Positions 49,407 through 62,435 of a DNA stretch of 62,617 nucleotides are shown in pieces. The notes under the pieces are model-generated. The model made no database searches and was not told the origin of the DNA. It saw only the letters and a list, made by a program, of their open reading frames with translations. The stretch spans positions 35,250,079-35,312,695 of the forward strand of contig JARFYF010000051.1 in assembly GCA_030265395.1 (NCBI GenBank), given 5' to 3'. This DNA is from Rhina ancylostomus. Its lineage: Eukaryota. The stretch's first letter is position 1; each line of letters begins with the position of its first letter. The position numbers and the translations under genes are program-made.

Positions 49407-49758
49407 TAGAACAGCTTAAAAGAGCTGCTGCCTCACTGTGCTGGAGGCCCAGGTTCAATCTTGAACTTGGGTGCTCTCTGTGTGGAGTTTGCACGTTCTT
49501 CCTATGGCTGCCTGGGTTTCCTCCGGCCGCTCTGGTTTCCTCTCACATCCCAAAGACACGCAGGTCAGTAGGTTAATTGGCCACTGTAAGTGCCCAAAAT
49601 GTAATGGTGAGTGGTAGATTCTGGGGGAGAGGGTTTGTTGATGGGCATGTCAGATTTATATAGGCTGAGAATAAATGGGTTCTTGATGGTTGGCATGGAG
49701 TCGGTGGGCTGAAGGGCCATTTTCTGTGCTGTATCACTGTGACTCTACAATTCTATGA
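49407..49758 (+). mobile_element. HE1/V-SINE-type SINE, tail type A
   Basis: agagctgctgcctcac, ggttcaatct, tgtgtggagtttgcacgttct; tail gtgggctgaagggccattttctgtgctgtatcactgtgactcta. Confidence 0.92.
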
Positions 49759-50534
49759 CCTGAGGAGCATGAGATGCAGGGACCCATCCATGAATGGTTA
49801 AAGAGGTATGGTACAACATAAAACTAAAGATACAAAATTGCATAATCTGGAACACATCCTGGTGACAAGAAACAAAATAAAACGACAGAACAAACAGTAA
49901 GAGCTAATAATGGGGAAAAATAGAAAATTGCAGGGAACTTTAAAATTAATCTGATTTTACTATAATGACATCAAGAATAAGTGGTCAGAGGCAGTGCAGG
50001 CCCCTTGAAAATCAGAAGACTGTAAGATGTGTTGAATGATTAACGTGAATTGAAAACTTTATATCTGTCTACACAGATGCTGCCTGACCTGTTGAGTATT
50101 TCCAGCATTTTATGTTTTTATTATGGATTTGTAAAGTGTGGGACATGCCTGATGAAACTAACTAAACATTTTGAAGAGGAGAGTGAGGCAGAAAGCGGGG
50201 CAATGTCTATCGTGTTATTATTATGGGCTTCCATAAGGCATTTGACAAAGTCCTTCAAAAGAATATTTACTCATACTATAGCTCTTGGATCCAAGGCAAA
50301 TAATTGATTTGGTTAGGAAGCTGGCTGAGTAACAAGAGATGAGGAGTAAAGATAATGGGCGGGAATTCTTAGGGATGGGATGTGATGATGCACATTGGGG
50401 CTCTAGCCATTAAGGCTTCGTGGAATAGAAAACTACATATTCAATTTTGCAGTAATACAGGGAAAAGATGGCATTGTAATCACTGTTGATGGATGCATTA
50501 ATTTACAATGAGCTCTTAATAGATTGTACAAATG

Positions 50535-50900
50535 GGCAAAGGGGTGACTTTATAGAAGAATATAAAATTATGAGAGACATAAATAGGGTAGATAATCAGA
50601 GTCTTTTTCCCAGGGTGGAAATATCAAATACCAGATGGTATAGGTTTAAGGTGAGAGGGGGAAGATTTAAAGGAAATCTGTGAGTTTCTTTACACAGAGA
50701 GTGTTAGGTGCCTAGAATGCATTGCTGGGGAGGTCGTAGAAGCAGATACTATTGCAACATTTAAGAGGCATTTAGACCAACGCATGAATGGGCAGGGAAT
50801 CAAGGGATACAGACCATTAATTAGACTGGCATCGAGGTTGGGGCAGACATGGCAAGTGAAGGAACTGTTCTTGTGCTGTGTGGTTCTATGTTCCATGTTC
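50535..50900 (+). mobile_element. CR1/HER1 LINE 3' end (older RT fragment upstream at 50130-50460)
   Basis: ORF 50486..50683 RGDFIEEYKIMRDINRVDNQSLFPRVEISNTRWYRFKVRGGRFKG; tail gttctatgttccatgttc. Confidence 0.9.
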
Positions 50901-51808
50901 AAAAACTCTGGCAAATGCAGTTTAATGCACACAGAATGTGGGGTGTTCCACTAGTGACCTGAATATATCAATAAGTCAATCAAAGGATGGCATTTTCAGA
51001 CAGTAAAGCCTGAAGTGTGCAATTCTGAAGTGGGCTTTCAGCACATCAATGAAATATAATTATATATTAAAATTGATTAAAGACTTGGTCAGTTTAATTT
51101 TCTCAGATCCCGCAGACAAATATGGTTCAGATGCAGTGTTGATTTAGTGTTTCCCTCTTAATTATATTTGGTTGCCTGTTAATATAAAATTATTGAACCT
51201 GAGAATATTACAAATGAGTTGGTCCATAAAACCTGTGCCAGTGTTTTCCTCTGCATGAAATATCTAGTCCAAACCCACTCCATTGTATGTTCCTTTCACT
51301 CTTTAATACCCATATTGACTTCCAATACTGTTTTAAAGGAATTTGTTCAGTCTGTTTGAATAGTGGTTTCTGTCACTTTAAACTACTTTTTAATTCCCCA
51401 TAAAATTCTGAGTTTTGGTTACGGCCTTAGCAATCAATTGACATGATCTCGCTGTTACTCCCATCCTAACCAATCTTACCCCTGAAGCACTATCTTGAAA
51501 TTGCACAGCTGTAGTGTAAAAAAAACAAATCTCCTCAGTCTCATTTAGGTCACTAGTTAGTTTGATCTATTTAAAAAAAAATGTAAGAGTACAAGATTTA
51601 AGAGAAAAAAAACTTATTTTTTTACTTCTCTCTCTGAGTTGAGTATTGTACATATTTAAAAAAAGAAATTGGAAAATGAGAGTGCAAGATTCATTGCAGA
51701 ATATAATACACCAACACAAGGTAGTCTGAGAACTTGGAGTTGGCTTAAAAAAATTCTTGGAATAAAACAGTATTATCAGTTTACGTGTCTCTAATATTAT
51801 TGGCAAGG

Positions 51809-52155
51809 AAACTTAACCACAACTCATTTACCTTGAATGTGATTCTGATTTCACAACTTTTACTCTTAAATGCCTCCTGAATTGGTTCAATAGCCACTCA
51901 GCTCTACAGAATCACATGGCTTCCTCCTTAGTCAACAGGGTATGAGTGATAATCGTGGCCTCATATTACCAGAAGTAAACAGGGAAAGTGAATAGTTTTA
52001 TTTCAGGATTATCGTTCATACCCTGTTGACTAAGGAGGAAGCCATGTGATTCTGTAGAGCTGAGTGGCTATTGAACCAATTCAGGAGGCAGTTAAGAGTA
52101 AAAGTTGGAGTGAAATCAGAATCACATTCAAGGTAAATGAGTTGAGGTTAAGTTT
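51809..52155. repeat. Long near-perfect inverted repeat (arms 51809-51957 and 52004-52155, 46-nt spacer)
   Basis: Manual alignment: 5 substitutions and one 3-nt indel over ~150 bp; 75-bp perfect core 51871-51945 / 52016-52090. Confidence 0.97.
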
Positions 52156-52867
52156 TGTGCAGGAATGAATGCTATGTATTAGGACATGAAGGTTGCTAAT
52201 ATACCATGAACTAGAAGTTTAGTTGCATCTGGAAATATGCTCTAACATTTCTCTGTGTGAAGGGCCCCTATCATTTTGCTGTAGTGTCACTGGTACATAA
52301 TTTCCATGTGTGGACCTCGTGCATGAAGTTATGCAATCAGGAAGTGCACGTTAAATGTGCATCCTGTGTATCCACTGTAATTAACCACTGCTGATTGACA
52401 TCATGCCTACACCTTTTAAAGAGCAGGTGATAGTGGCTCCAACCTCTGCTTGTAGTTGTGGTACAACCTGCGGAACACTGACAACAACAGTGGCACAGTC
52501 TGAGTGTGGACAGCCCTCTCATTGACACAACTCAGGCTCTGGTGGATGAGGAGGATGCACAGAATATTTCCCAACCTTCTAGAGGGCCTAAAGACTGATA
52601 TGAAGCTGAGACAGAGGCTAAATAGTCAATACACACATGGAACCCCGAGGACCTGCTCCCAGTGCCACAAGAAAAGTTTAATGACCTCATATGTTGTCAT
52701 GGTTCTGAGTTCTGGTCCTCAATTTGGCTCCATTAATGCCTTGTTGTCCAGCACATGGATTCCATGCNNNNNNNNNNNNNNNNNNNNNNNNNNNNNNNNN
52801 NNNNNNNNNNNNNNNNNNNNNNNNNNNNNNNNNNNNNNNNNNNNNNNNNNNNNNNNNNNNNNNNNNN

Positions 52868-52940
<73 letters not shown>
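52868..52940. repeat. (CA)36+ microsatellite abutting a gap
   Basis: Directly visible. Confidence 0.98.
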
Positions 52941-52943
<3 letters not shown>

Positions 52944-55014
52944 CCTAGCTTTTTGACTATAGTAGGCATACCATACAAATATATTGGCTCAACTCACTAA
53001 CAGTCTTCCCCAGCTTTTCAGGAGCAGGTTAGTCACAACTGTAAACTGCAGCTCCATATTGGAGGAGAAACTTACCAATGTCCATAGGTTCAGTCATTTG
53101 ATTTTGAAAGTGATTGTAATCATGAGCTCATACACCACTGATCATTTGGAAGCCATTAGGGATGATACCAAGATAATTTTAACATCTCCTTACCATACCT
53201 CCATTCCCTCTCACCCTGATGATCGGAATGTGCCATTCATACCTGCCTCTCCTCTCAACATGGATCCTTGGATCTTTCTGGTTTCAGATATCCAGATCCT
53301 ACCACCCAGCCAGGCCTTGACAGCTTCAGCCATTGGAGATGGAAGAAAATGACCCTGCATCCGTCACACCTATCTGGCAGCTCAGATCCTAGAACTTTGC
53401 ATACAGTAGAGGTAGTTGGGAGATAGGATCTGTTGCCTAGAAGTTGTACTTTTTTTGTGCACTAAACTTGATCTGTGTATGACACTAAAAGCCCAATTAA
53501 ATCCCTGCAAAAAAAGTCGTAAATTAGCAAGGAACATATAAGATAAAGTGCTGAGGTAGTTTACACCCAGAATCATTGTGTCTGAAACAGGATCAATGAG
53601 ATTTCCGATGAACCTCACCCCATTTAGTGCATCTCCTGATGCTTCAGAGGAGCAACCTGAGAGGGATGTTAACACTTAAAGGTGTTGGCAGCCAGTCAGC
53701 AGCAGTTATAACTGTCCAACAAAATCCTTAAGTTGTATCCAATAGCTCTGATTTATGCTTTCAAGATTGGTAGTGTTGGTGTGTGACGTGCTGGGAACAC
53801 AAGACTGGGAGCTGTGCTGAGGTGAATCTTGCATAAAAGTGCCTGGGCATGATTTCATCCAGAAAGGATAGCACAGTCTGTCCTGGAAAAAAAAGTACTT
53901 TCATGTGTGGCTGAAAAAATTGGGCATTTATAGATCAAATTTCTAGGCAGTTGAGTGACTGGGCACCAGAGTGCATTGTACCTCCTATTCTGAGATCCCA
54001 GCTGGAAGCTTAGAAGATGTGGCACAACCAAATAGGGGAAACAAAAGTACAGTTAAAAAATTACTGTAAAGTTGCAGCACATAACATACATGAGAAAAAA
54101 AGTTGTTAATATATAAAAAGACCACAAATAGTCACAATATGGAAGAACAGAAAATTTTCCTGTCATTTATGACCGATGGCCACACCCCTCGAAGTGACTG
54201 GGACTGAGTTTACAGATGTAATTTACATGTAGCAATCTTCCACTCATTCCAGTCATAAGTTTTGAAACTACTACAAGTTCCCCCGCACACACCCCCTCTC
54301 CACCTCCAAATCAGTAGCATCAGTATTTACTCTGATCTAAAAATAAATGGGGGAGAAATGCTTGCAACTTTACTGTAAGTGAAACAATACAGATGATGAT
54401 AATGGCTATTCTTTAGAACTGACTTCATAGTTTTGGTGATTGGAATGCACAGGATCACTGCTGTTCCTGGTGACCTGAGGAGTGTTGATAATGGTCACAG
54501 CAGGATGTTCTAATAAATGCCCAACCATTGCAATGGAGCTGCTGGGAACAAACTCCTTGAATGGTTTAGCTCAGTTGGGCTTCACCTAGGAAAGTATTAC
54601 AGGTGGCCAAGTGGGTGGACTGCGGGGCTTTAGTGAATGCCTGGTACTCTGTACTTCCACAATGATAAATGCTCCCATGCAACAGAGTTGGGTGGAAAAG
54701 CACAGGAGCAGCTGGATTTGATTTGGCTTGAAGCTGATACATTAGCAACATAAGGCACTGCAAAATTGGCATTAGATGTACATTATGAAATCAAAGAGCC
54801 TACGGTGACTCGAGCAAAGGAGAACTCGCACATTGATGCTGATCTATCAGGATTACTCACAGGCACAGCTGCATCTCTGCAGCTCGCCAGTTGGCTTTGC
54901 AATAGCTGTCAAGTGGTTATCCCTTAAACTTGTGGAACACATACTAGAGGAGCACATCAACCAACATGCCCTAATACACAGCACACATTGTGCATCCAAA
55001 AATCCAATCAACAC

Positions 55015-55335
55015 CAGTCTAGACTGAGCATGGAGGGAATACTGCATTGTCCAGAGGTATCAACTTCTGGCTTGGACTCAGGCCCAGCTTGCTTCTTTAG
55101 GGGAGGGCAAAAGGTCTCAGGCCCCATATGAAGAGGAGAACAGGATTTCTCCTCATTTCTTGGATAACATTTATCTCTCAATGAAAACCCTATAAGATTA
55201 TCTGGACGTATGTTTCATCTGCAAATTATGTAGGTACACTGACAGCCATTTTTGTCGACATAATGGTATTGAATACACTTAGAAATCAGGTAATTAACTC
55301 GAAATACACCTAGATGTTCTAAGGTTGAGGAACTG
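55015..55335 (+). mobile_element. Ancient Deu-domain SINE
   Basis: gagggaatactgcattgtccagaggtatc...gaagaggagaacaggatttctcc...aacatttatctctcaa. Confidence 0.6.
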
Positions 55336-55479
55336 TACAAACACGACCAACCAATAAATAGTCTTCCTTAATAAAGTGCACAGGAAAGAAATCAGATTAA
55401 CCTGTAAAACTCAAAGAATCAGAAAATCGTAACTGATATTCACTGTTTCTTGGGTCTGGCACGTAGGATCACATTAGAT

Positions 55480-55700
55480 AACAACAGCAATGTCTATTTA
55501 TATAACACCCTTAATACAGCTAAATGTCTTAAGGTTCATCACGTAAGGGCATATTGGGACAGATTGCCAAATGTCTGGTCAAAGTTTAAGTTTTAAGGAG
55601 CGTGTTAAAGGAGGAAAGAGAGATAGAGAGTCAGAGATGTTTATGGAGGGAGCTTTAACAACTTAGCTGCCAGTAGTGCAGCTTTGAATTTGGGGGTGAC
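55480..55700 (-). mobile_element. L2-type LINE 3' end
   Basis: tatttatataacacccttaata...ggtcaaag...ttttaaggagcgtgttaaaggaggaaagagag...tttatggagggag. Confidence 0.6.
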
Positions 55701-55734
55701 CATATTTCTTCTCGCATGATCTACAAAGAAAGAA

Positions 55735-56110
55735 AAACTGCAACTTTCAAAACTTCAGGATGATATAACATGATTAAGAGCCAACCAAATAGTATTGAAC
55801 TGGAGCAAATGCTGAAACAAGAAATACAGCAAGGTCCCACAAAGTTCAATATGTGATTAAGCAAATACTGTTTTAATGATTTAGTTGAGGGATAAATGTT
55901 GTCCAAGATATTGTGGAGAACTCTTCTGGTCTTCTTCATCATACTGTCTTGCCATCATACACATCCACTGAAGGTGGCTGACAAGCCTTCACTGTCATCC
56001 CTAATCCAAAAGGCAGTAAATTTAATCTTCCAACACACCTTCACCAAAATGTCAGCGACCCTTGTGCTCAAATCCCTGGAGAAGGACTTGAACTCATAAC
56101 TTTCTGGCCA
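55735..56110 (-). mobile_element. Ancient Deu-domain SINE
   Basis: acagcaaggtcccacaaa...gttgagggataaatgttgtccaaga...tgtgctcaaatccctggagaaggacttgaactcataactttctg (B-box, reverse complement). Confidence 0.75.
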
Positions 56111-57169
56111 AACCAAGTACAAAGCTGGAGAAAACAAAGGCAGTTCTTTCTTACTTTCATGACCACCTGCTCTGCCCAAAAGCAGAACAACGGGTGCACT
56201 GGGTCATACAGTAATATTTTACCATATAATAATATTTCACTATAGCTGAGCTTCACTATGATCACAATGCCTTTTGCTCTTGCATTTTGATGCGCATGTG
56301 TCCTTACTGTGGTTGTTAGATCAGATGCCAACTCATCTGGTGTTCTGGTCATATATTAAAGATACCGCACTGCATCTGTTGGAGAGCCCCATGCTGAGTG
56401 GTCATTAACATTGGTCGAAGTGAAATACATTTAATCACGATTTACCACAGACCTCAGCTATTTTGGCATCACTGTCTGGTTTTGCAGGTTAACTTAATGT
56501 GCTCAGCTTGTTTAGAAGCCTTCTGCTGCACCATACTCAACTTGTCAAGCAGTATTTTGAGTGACGACAATGGTGCATTATTGCACACAACTAGGAAACG
56601 GTGATAATCGTGTAGCAGGAGCTTTAGTAATTGTCTCCTGTGAGCAGGGCTCATTGCCCTGTCCTACCAACCAAATCACAACAAAATAGTTCTGAAATAT
56701 AACAACCAGAGTGCCATTCAATTTTAGGGAAATGAAACATCACTCAGTATCAGCTAATGCAACCAAGAACAGGAAGGGAGTCATTCATCTGAAAAATATT
56801 CAACACATTTATAATTTCAGCAAAATTTACTTCTATATTTTAAATTAGCACAGAGGTTAAATCTGAAAATTGAGAAGCACGTACCTAATTTCTAATTGGA
56901 CTGTGACCAGGCAAAGATTAAAAAAAATCTGATTGAGTAAAAGTGCAATTTCTTGAGAAAAGCACATTTCAAATGAACAAAGAAACATTTTTAACCATAC
57001 AGATTTTTTATCTACATTTCTTGACTGATTTTAATCAAAAACTTGTGATGAAATTAGATTCATTTATCAGGCTTAAATCAAAATTGAGGCTTAAAGGATA
57101 CCCGACAAACCTTTTCTGCCATTACTAAAGAAACCATCAAATTATTCACTTACAGAAATATGTCCCTGT

Positions 57170-57570
57170 TCCCATATTCTTTCTGTCTCACGTCAGTTTT
57201 GCTGTTAATCATCTCTCTGATTCTCATTTTCTTCCCTTCATTTTTGCTTCTTTGATAACCTTTTTCTCACCAACCTTGCTTCTTTCTTTCTTTGTTCTCT
57301 TTCTTAATGTTTTTTCTCTCCTGGCTTCTTTTATTGGGTCTCCATAGGGCTCTGTATTTTATTGACAGAAGTTATTTATTTTGTTTTATCTTCTCTGTCA
57401 GGGTGTACATATTCCTCATCCTTTCTCTGCCCTCCGGTTGACTTCCATTCCATACCCCTGGCATATTGTTTCCTGCTTCCTTCTGTGCTCATTCACACTC
57501 TCTGCATTTGGCTTTGCTACATTTTTCCTCTTATCTTTACCTTGATGTCACCAACTCTTCTCCTGCTCTT
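57170..57570 (+). repeat. Pyrimidine-rich low-complexity tract
   Basis: Strong T/C bias over ~400 bp. Confidence 0.7.
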
Positions 57571-57619
57571 GGGATAATCATTATTAGCACCAATTATACC
57601 CATTGATTTTTTTTAAAAA

Positions 57620-58636
57620 TTCATTCAAGGGACGTGGGCTTTGCAGGCTGAGCTAGCAGCCCATCCCTAGTTGCCCTTGAGAAGGTGGTGGTGGTGAGCT
57701 GCCTTCTTGAACTGCTCCAGTCCTTGAAGTGTAAGAAAACCTGCAATGCTGTTGGTGAGAGAGTTCCAGGGTTTTGACTCCATGATGTTGAAGGAACAGC
57801 AATATATTTCCAAGTCAGGATGCTGTGTGGCTTGGAATGCAACTTCCAGGTGGTGCTGTTCCCCACGCTTTTGCTACTCGTGTCCTTCTAGCTGGTAGAG
57901 GTCATAGTTTGGAATGTGTTGGTTAAGGAGCCTTGGTGAGTTTTCTGCAGTGCATCCTGTAGCTGGTACAAACTGCTGCTACTGTGTGTCAGTGATATAG
58001 TGAGCAAATGATTGTGAATGGAATGCCTATCAAATGGGCTGCTACGTCCTGTATGATGTCGAGCTTTTTGAGTGCTGTTGAGCTGCACTCATCCCGGCAA
58101 GTGGAGAGTATTCTGTCATACTCCTGACTTGAGCCTCATAGATGATGGACAGACTTTGGGGAGTTAGGGAGTGAATTACTACAGGATTGCTAGCCTCTGA
58201 CCTCCTCTTGTAGCTACATTATGTACATGGCTACTCCAGTTCTGTTTCTGGTCAATGCTAACCCCTAGAAATTTGATAGTAGGGGATTCAGTGATGGTAG
58301 TATTATTGAATGTCAGGGTCAATAGCTGGAATTTCTCTTGTTGGATATTGTTATTGCCAGGCACTTGTATGGCATGAATGTTACTTGCCACCTATCAGCC
58401 GAGGCTTGGATATTGTCCAGATCTTGCTGCATTTACATGTAGACTGCTTCATTACCTGAAGAATCGCGAATGATGCTGAACATTGTGCAATCATCAGCGA
58501 ACGTCCCCACTTCTGACCTTACGACTGAAGAAAGGTCAGTAATGAAGCAGCTGAAGGTAGTTGGGCCTTGGGGAACTCCTGTAGAAAAGTCCTGTGCGTG
58601 AGGTGATTGACCTCCAACCAGCACAACCATCTTTAC
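57620..58636 (-). mobile_element. 5'-truncated CR1/L2-group LINE (RT C-terminal half plus 3' end), a family distinct from the HER1-type
   Basis: ORF 58433..58639 GVPQGPTTFSCFITDL...FADDCTMF; ORF 58179..58391 IKFLGVSIDQKQNWSSHV; 3' end cccatccctagttgcccttgagaaggtggtg. Confidence 0.9.
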
Positions 58637-58640
58637 CACG

Positions 58641-58963
58641 TGGAAGGAGGCGATTCAGCCCATTGAGTATATGTCAGCACTCAGAGCATTCATTCAGATC
58701 AATCCCATTCACTCACTAATTTCCCTATAACTTTTTCTCTCACACATGCCCATTAACACCCACTGAATCACTTATCACCCAACCACAGAAAGGTTAATTT
58801 GCAGTAGCAAATATTAACTCATAACCAGCACGTCCTTGGGATGGGGGATAGAAACTGGATCATCTGCAGGAAACCTACAAAATCACAGGGAGAAGGTGCA
58901 AACTCCACTCTGATCAGAATTGAACCTGGGTCACTGGAGCAGTGAGGCACTGCCGTATCACTG
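58641..58963 (-). mobile_element. HE1/V-SINE-type SINE, tail type B
   Basis: ggaaggaggcgattcagcccattgagt tail; tcacagggagaaggtgcaaactccac; gaattgaacctgggtcactggagc. Confidence 0.85.
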
Positions 58964-59579
58964 GTCACATTGGCTCCTGGTGATGAGCAGTCCTGAAGCA
59001 TCAGGATCTCATCTATTTGATGCAGGGTCTGTGTTTCTCTTCTTACACATGGAGAGGATTTGGATTTTCATTGACTACACCTTCATCAAAGTCATCAAGA
59101 ATATTCCTTGTAATAATAGATTTTCAAATGATGTTCCACACAGTCAACCACATCAGCACAGAGCTGGAACTGTTTGGGAAGGTAAAAATAAAATGGTCAA
59201 TAGAAACAGTTGAACTTCAGTATATGGTTGGACCTGATTCTGTCCCCTGCTCAGGCACAGCAGTGCATGCTGTCCCAATGTTGTACAGGAGTATAAATAG
59301 AGCTTTAAGAACTAAGTGTATTATGTGGTATAATTTTGAATACATTGCTGCCCCAGGCACCACCATTGGTTGATAGTTTACTGCCTTTAATAAACAATGA
59401 GCCATTGATGGTCTTGACCTCTATTATTTACCTTAATAATAAGCAATATTAAAGAGCCCACAGATGCTATATTAATGAGGAATCCTATTTCACACAAAGT
59501 CTGTCTCCCAGATCCCCACTGTCATCAGCAGCATTCACTCCCCAGCACACTGAATTACAAAACTTTGTCATGTAGAAAT

Positions 59580-59665
59580 GTTTAGCTTAGCTGGGCATCT
59601 TTGTCAGCATGGACAAGTTGGGCTGAAGGGCCTGTTTCTGTGCTGTATTACTCTATAACTCTAAA
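59580..59665 (+). mobile_element. CR1/HER1 3' tail
   Basis: gcatggacaagttgggctgaagggcctgtttctgtgctgtattactctataactcta. Confidence 0.85.
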
Positions 59666-62325
59666 TCTATTGTCAGCTTTGTCCCTCCCTTGCTTTGCAG
59701 TTTCTTACAGTTCCATTGAAGGTTCTTTCTTATTTTGGCTTTCATTTGATCCCTTCATTTTTGTTCTCCACCTTCAACTCACTTGCTCCACAATTTGGAA
59801 TTTCTGACCTTGCTACCTCTATAATTCTGTAAAAAATGGTCTTTGGCGCATGTCTTTAAATGGCTGCCTAGCTTGAACCTGTTACCATTTATCATTCACT
59901 TTTCACGCCTGTGAAATGCTCACATTTTCCAATGCCACATACAGTAAATCAATTTTTCCATAAGTTACTAATGGATGTGGTGACTCCCATGGGATTATCT
60001 GAATACTTTTCCAATATTGAATCATGGATGGATGACCATTTCCTCCTGCTCAATGTAAGCTGAGTTGAAATTATCCTTTGTTGGTTTCCACCAGCATCCA
60101 TATGCTTCAGGTCCTTATCCCAGTGGTCCTTCTGGTCACGGATTGATGTCAGCACAAAATAGTTATCATTCTTTCTCCATGTGAATATTCCTAATGTCCT
60201 TGATGTTCTCAAAGTACTTGTAATGTGCCTCCAGAACTTCTGTGGTAATGCTAATGAATGAATGACATGCTATCCCAAATAGCACACCCACATCACTATC
60301 AGAACAATTGATTTTTACCTTTCAAAATGTGATGGGGAAGTGGTGGACAAAGTAACCCTGACTGCTGGGGGAAAGCGACTCTAAATGTATAGCATTTAGT
60401 TGATTTGTGGATAGATATGCATTAGCTAGATGGATTAGTAGAATTTTTACCATAAATAATGTTTATCAAATAAGACTTCTGCAAATTCAATAGGTTGAGA
60501 AGTTTTGAAGTATTTACATTTTAAACTCATAAATGGTAAATTGAGATGAAATCACCACATTATTACAGATCTAATTTAACTACAAATTTGACAAAATTCG
60601 TAACATGTTTTATAGATCGAGTGAAGAAACCTAGTTATTAATATGTTTACTGATGATTACTTATGACACAAATACAAATCTGACATGGTAGTTTGGTTGA
60701 AGAAGTTAAGAAGCATACCATTCTAAACTGAACATTGTTGCCAGTATAAGAAAAGCCCGTTAAGTACTGCGAAAAAGTCTGCAAGAAATCAGACAAGAAT
60801 TCAATTTACATAATTATTGAAATCGGAATTAAAAATGCAATTGATACATAACATNNNNNNNNNNNNNNNNNNNNNNNNNNNNNNNNNNNNNNNNNNNNNN
60901 NNNNNNNNNNNNNNNNNNNNNNNNNNNNNNNNNNNNNNNNNNNNNNNNNNNNNNNNNNNNNNNNNNNNNNNNNNNNNNNNNNNNNNNNNNNNNNNNNNNN
61001 NNNNCCATCAGCAGATTAGCCAGACTGACCTTTGTGTGTCATTTGAGTCTGAAAAACCATTGCTTAATTGTGCAGATGGGATAAAGCTAATGTTGTGGAA
61101 AAAAAACATTTTATCATGTATTTTAACTTTAGTGTTCTGTTTACACAGCTTGTTGCTTATTTTCTACATATAAAGTTAGTAACTAGGTAAATATTTGCCA
61201 GGCAACTCTGTTGTTTTTTTTCAGGTCATTTCATTAAGAAACATTAGGGTACTATTTTAGTTTGGTTTATTGAGTGGAAAGGAATATTTATTGTGTAATA
61301 ATTTCCTTATTTTACTTTGCATATACTAATGGGGGTTCAGGCAGTTGGCTAATTTGAGAGGCAGAAGTTCAGACTCCATGCTTAAGCCAAGCTTAAAATT
61401 ATGATGAAAATTGCAGACAAAACTCAAAAGTGGAGTAAAGTTTTATTTTGTGCTCTACATTTAAATTCAGTCACAGTTCTTAAGTAGTTAAAAAGAGTTG
61501 CAGCTTATGTTCATGCAACCCTGCATTTCTTTGGTTATAGACTTGGGACAAGAATAATTTAGCATTCTGCCACACTCTGTGATTGACCGTGTATGACAGA
61601 GTTCTTTTTTAGGTTTAGGTGTAGAGTCTTTCTGGGTGGGTGAATTAATATCAGCTAGATAGTTTTCTGCATGCCTTATGTACACTGGATAAAAGCAACT
61701 TTCGTCTTTGTTAGAAGAAGCAAAACATGTTGCTAACATTAAAAGTTATTTCTCTTTTTTCCTTAATAGGATTGTGCAACAGATTCAAAATAAGGATTAA
61801 AAAATTAGTTTTCCAAACAGGGTTGACTGACAGACATTTTTGACTGCTGGCTGAACATGCCATCAAATTAAGGGCAGGCTGCTCTCTATTTTTGATCATT
61901 AATTATAATTCTAGTGGGTAGAATTTCCAGGCACATATGACAAGGTTGACCTAGTAGATGGCTTTGAGAAAGTGAGAACACAATTAGTATTTGGGAGCAA
62001 TGATGATAAAACCAGCTTCAGCCTTCAACATTACATGAGTAATCTTCTATCTCAACCACTGCTTCCTGTTTCATCCTTATAATTCTGTTTCTTTACTGAT
62101 CAGAAATTTATCAGTCTTATTCTGGAATGTAATCCACAGCCACATGATGGAGGTCCCATTGAGTGAAGCAAATTCTCCTTTTGTCAGGTCTGAATTCCCA
62201 ATTCCTTATCCTGCCATCATGTCACCAGCCAGGGTGAATGGAATTGATCCATTGAACCGATGTCAAAGGCGTTCTAAGACAGGTATATCCTTCCACGAGT
62301 AGGGTGAACAACACTGCACATGTAC

Positions 62326-62435
62326 TGGCACAATGGCACAGCTGGTAGAGCTGCTGCCTCACAGCTCTTTGGACCTGTGGTCAATCCTGATCTCTGGTGC
62401 CATCTGTGTGGAATTTTCATGCTCTCCCTGTGTCC
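62326..62435 (+). mobile_element. 5' half of an HE1/V-SINE-type SINE, interrupted at 62436
   Basis: ggcacaatggcacagctggtagagctgctgcctcacagc...tctgtgtggaattttcatgctctccctgtg. Confidence 0.85.

Noticed and set aside
52504-53000. His-Thr and Cys-Val repeat ORFs
   Set aside because: Translation of a (CA)n microsatellite and an N gap.
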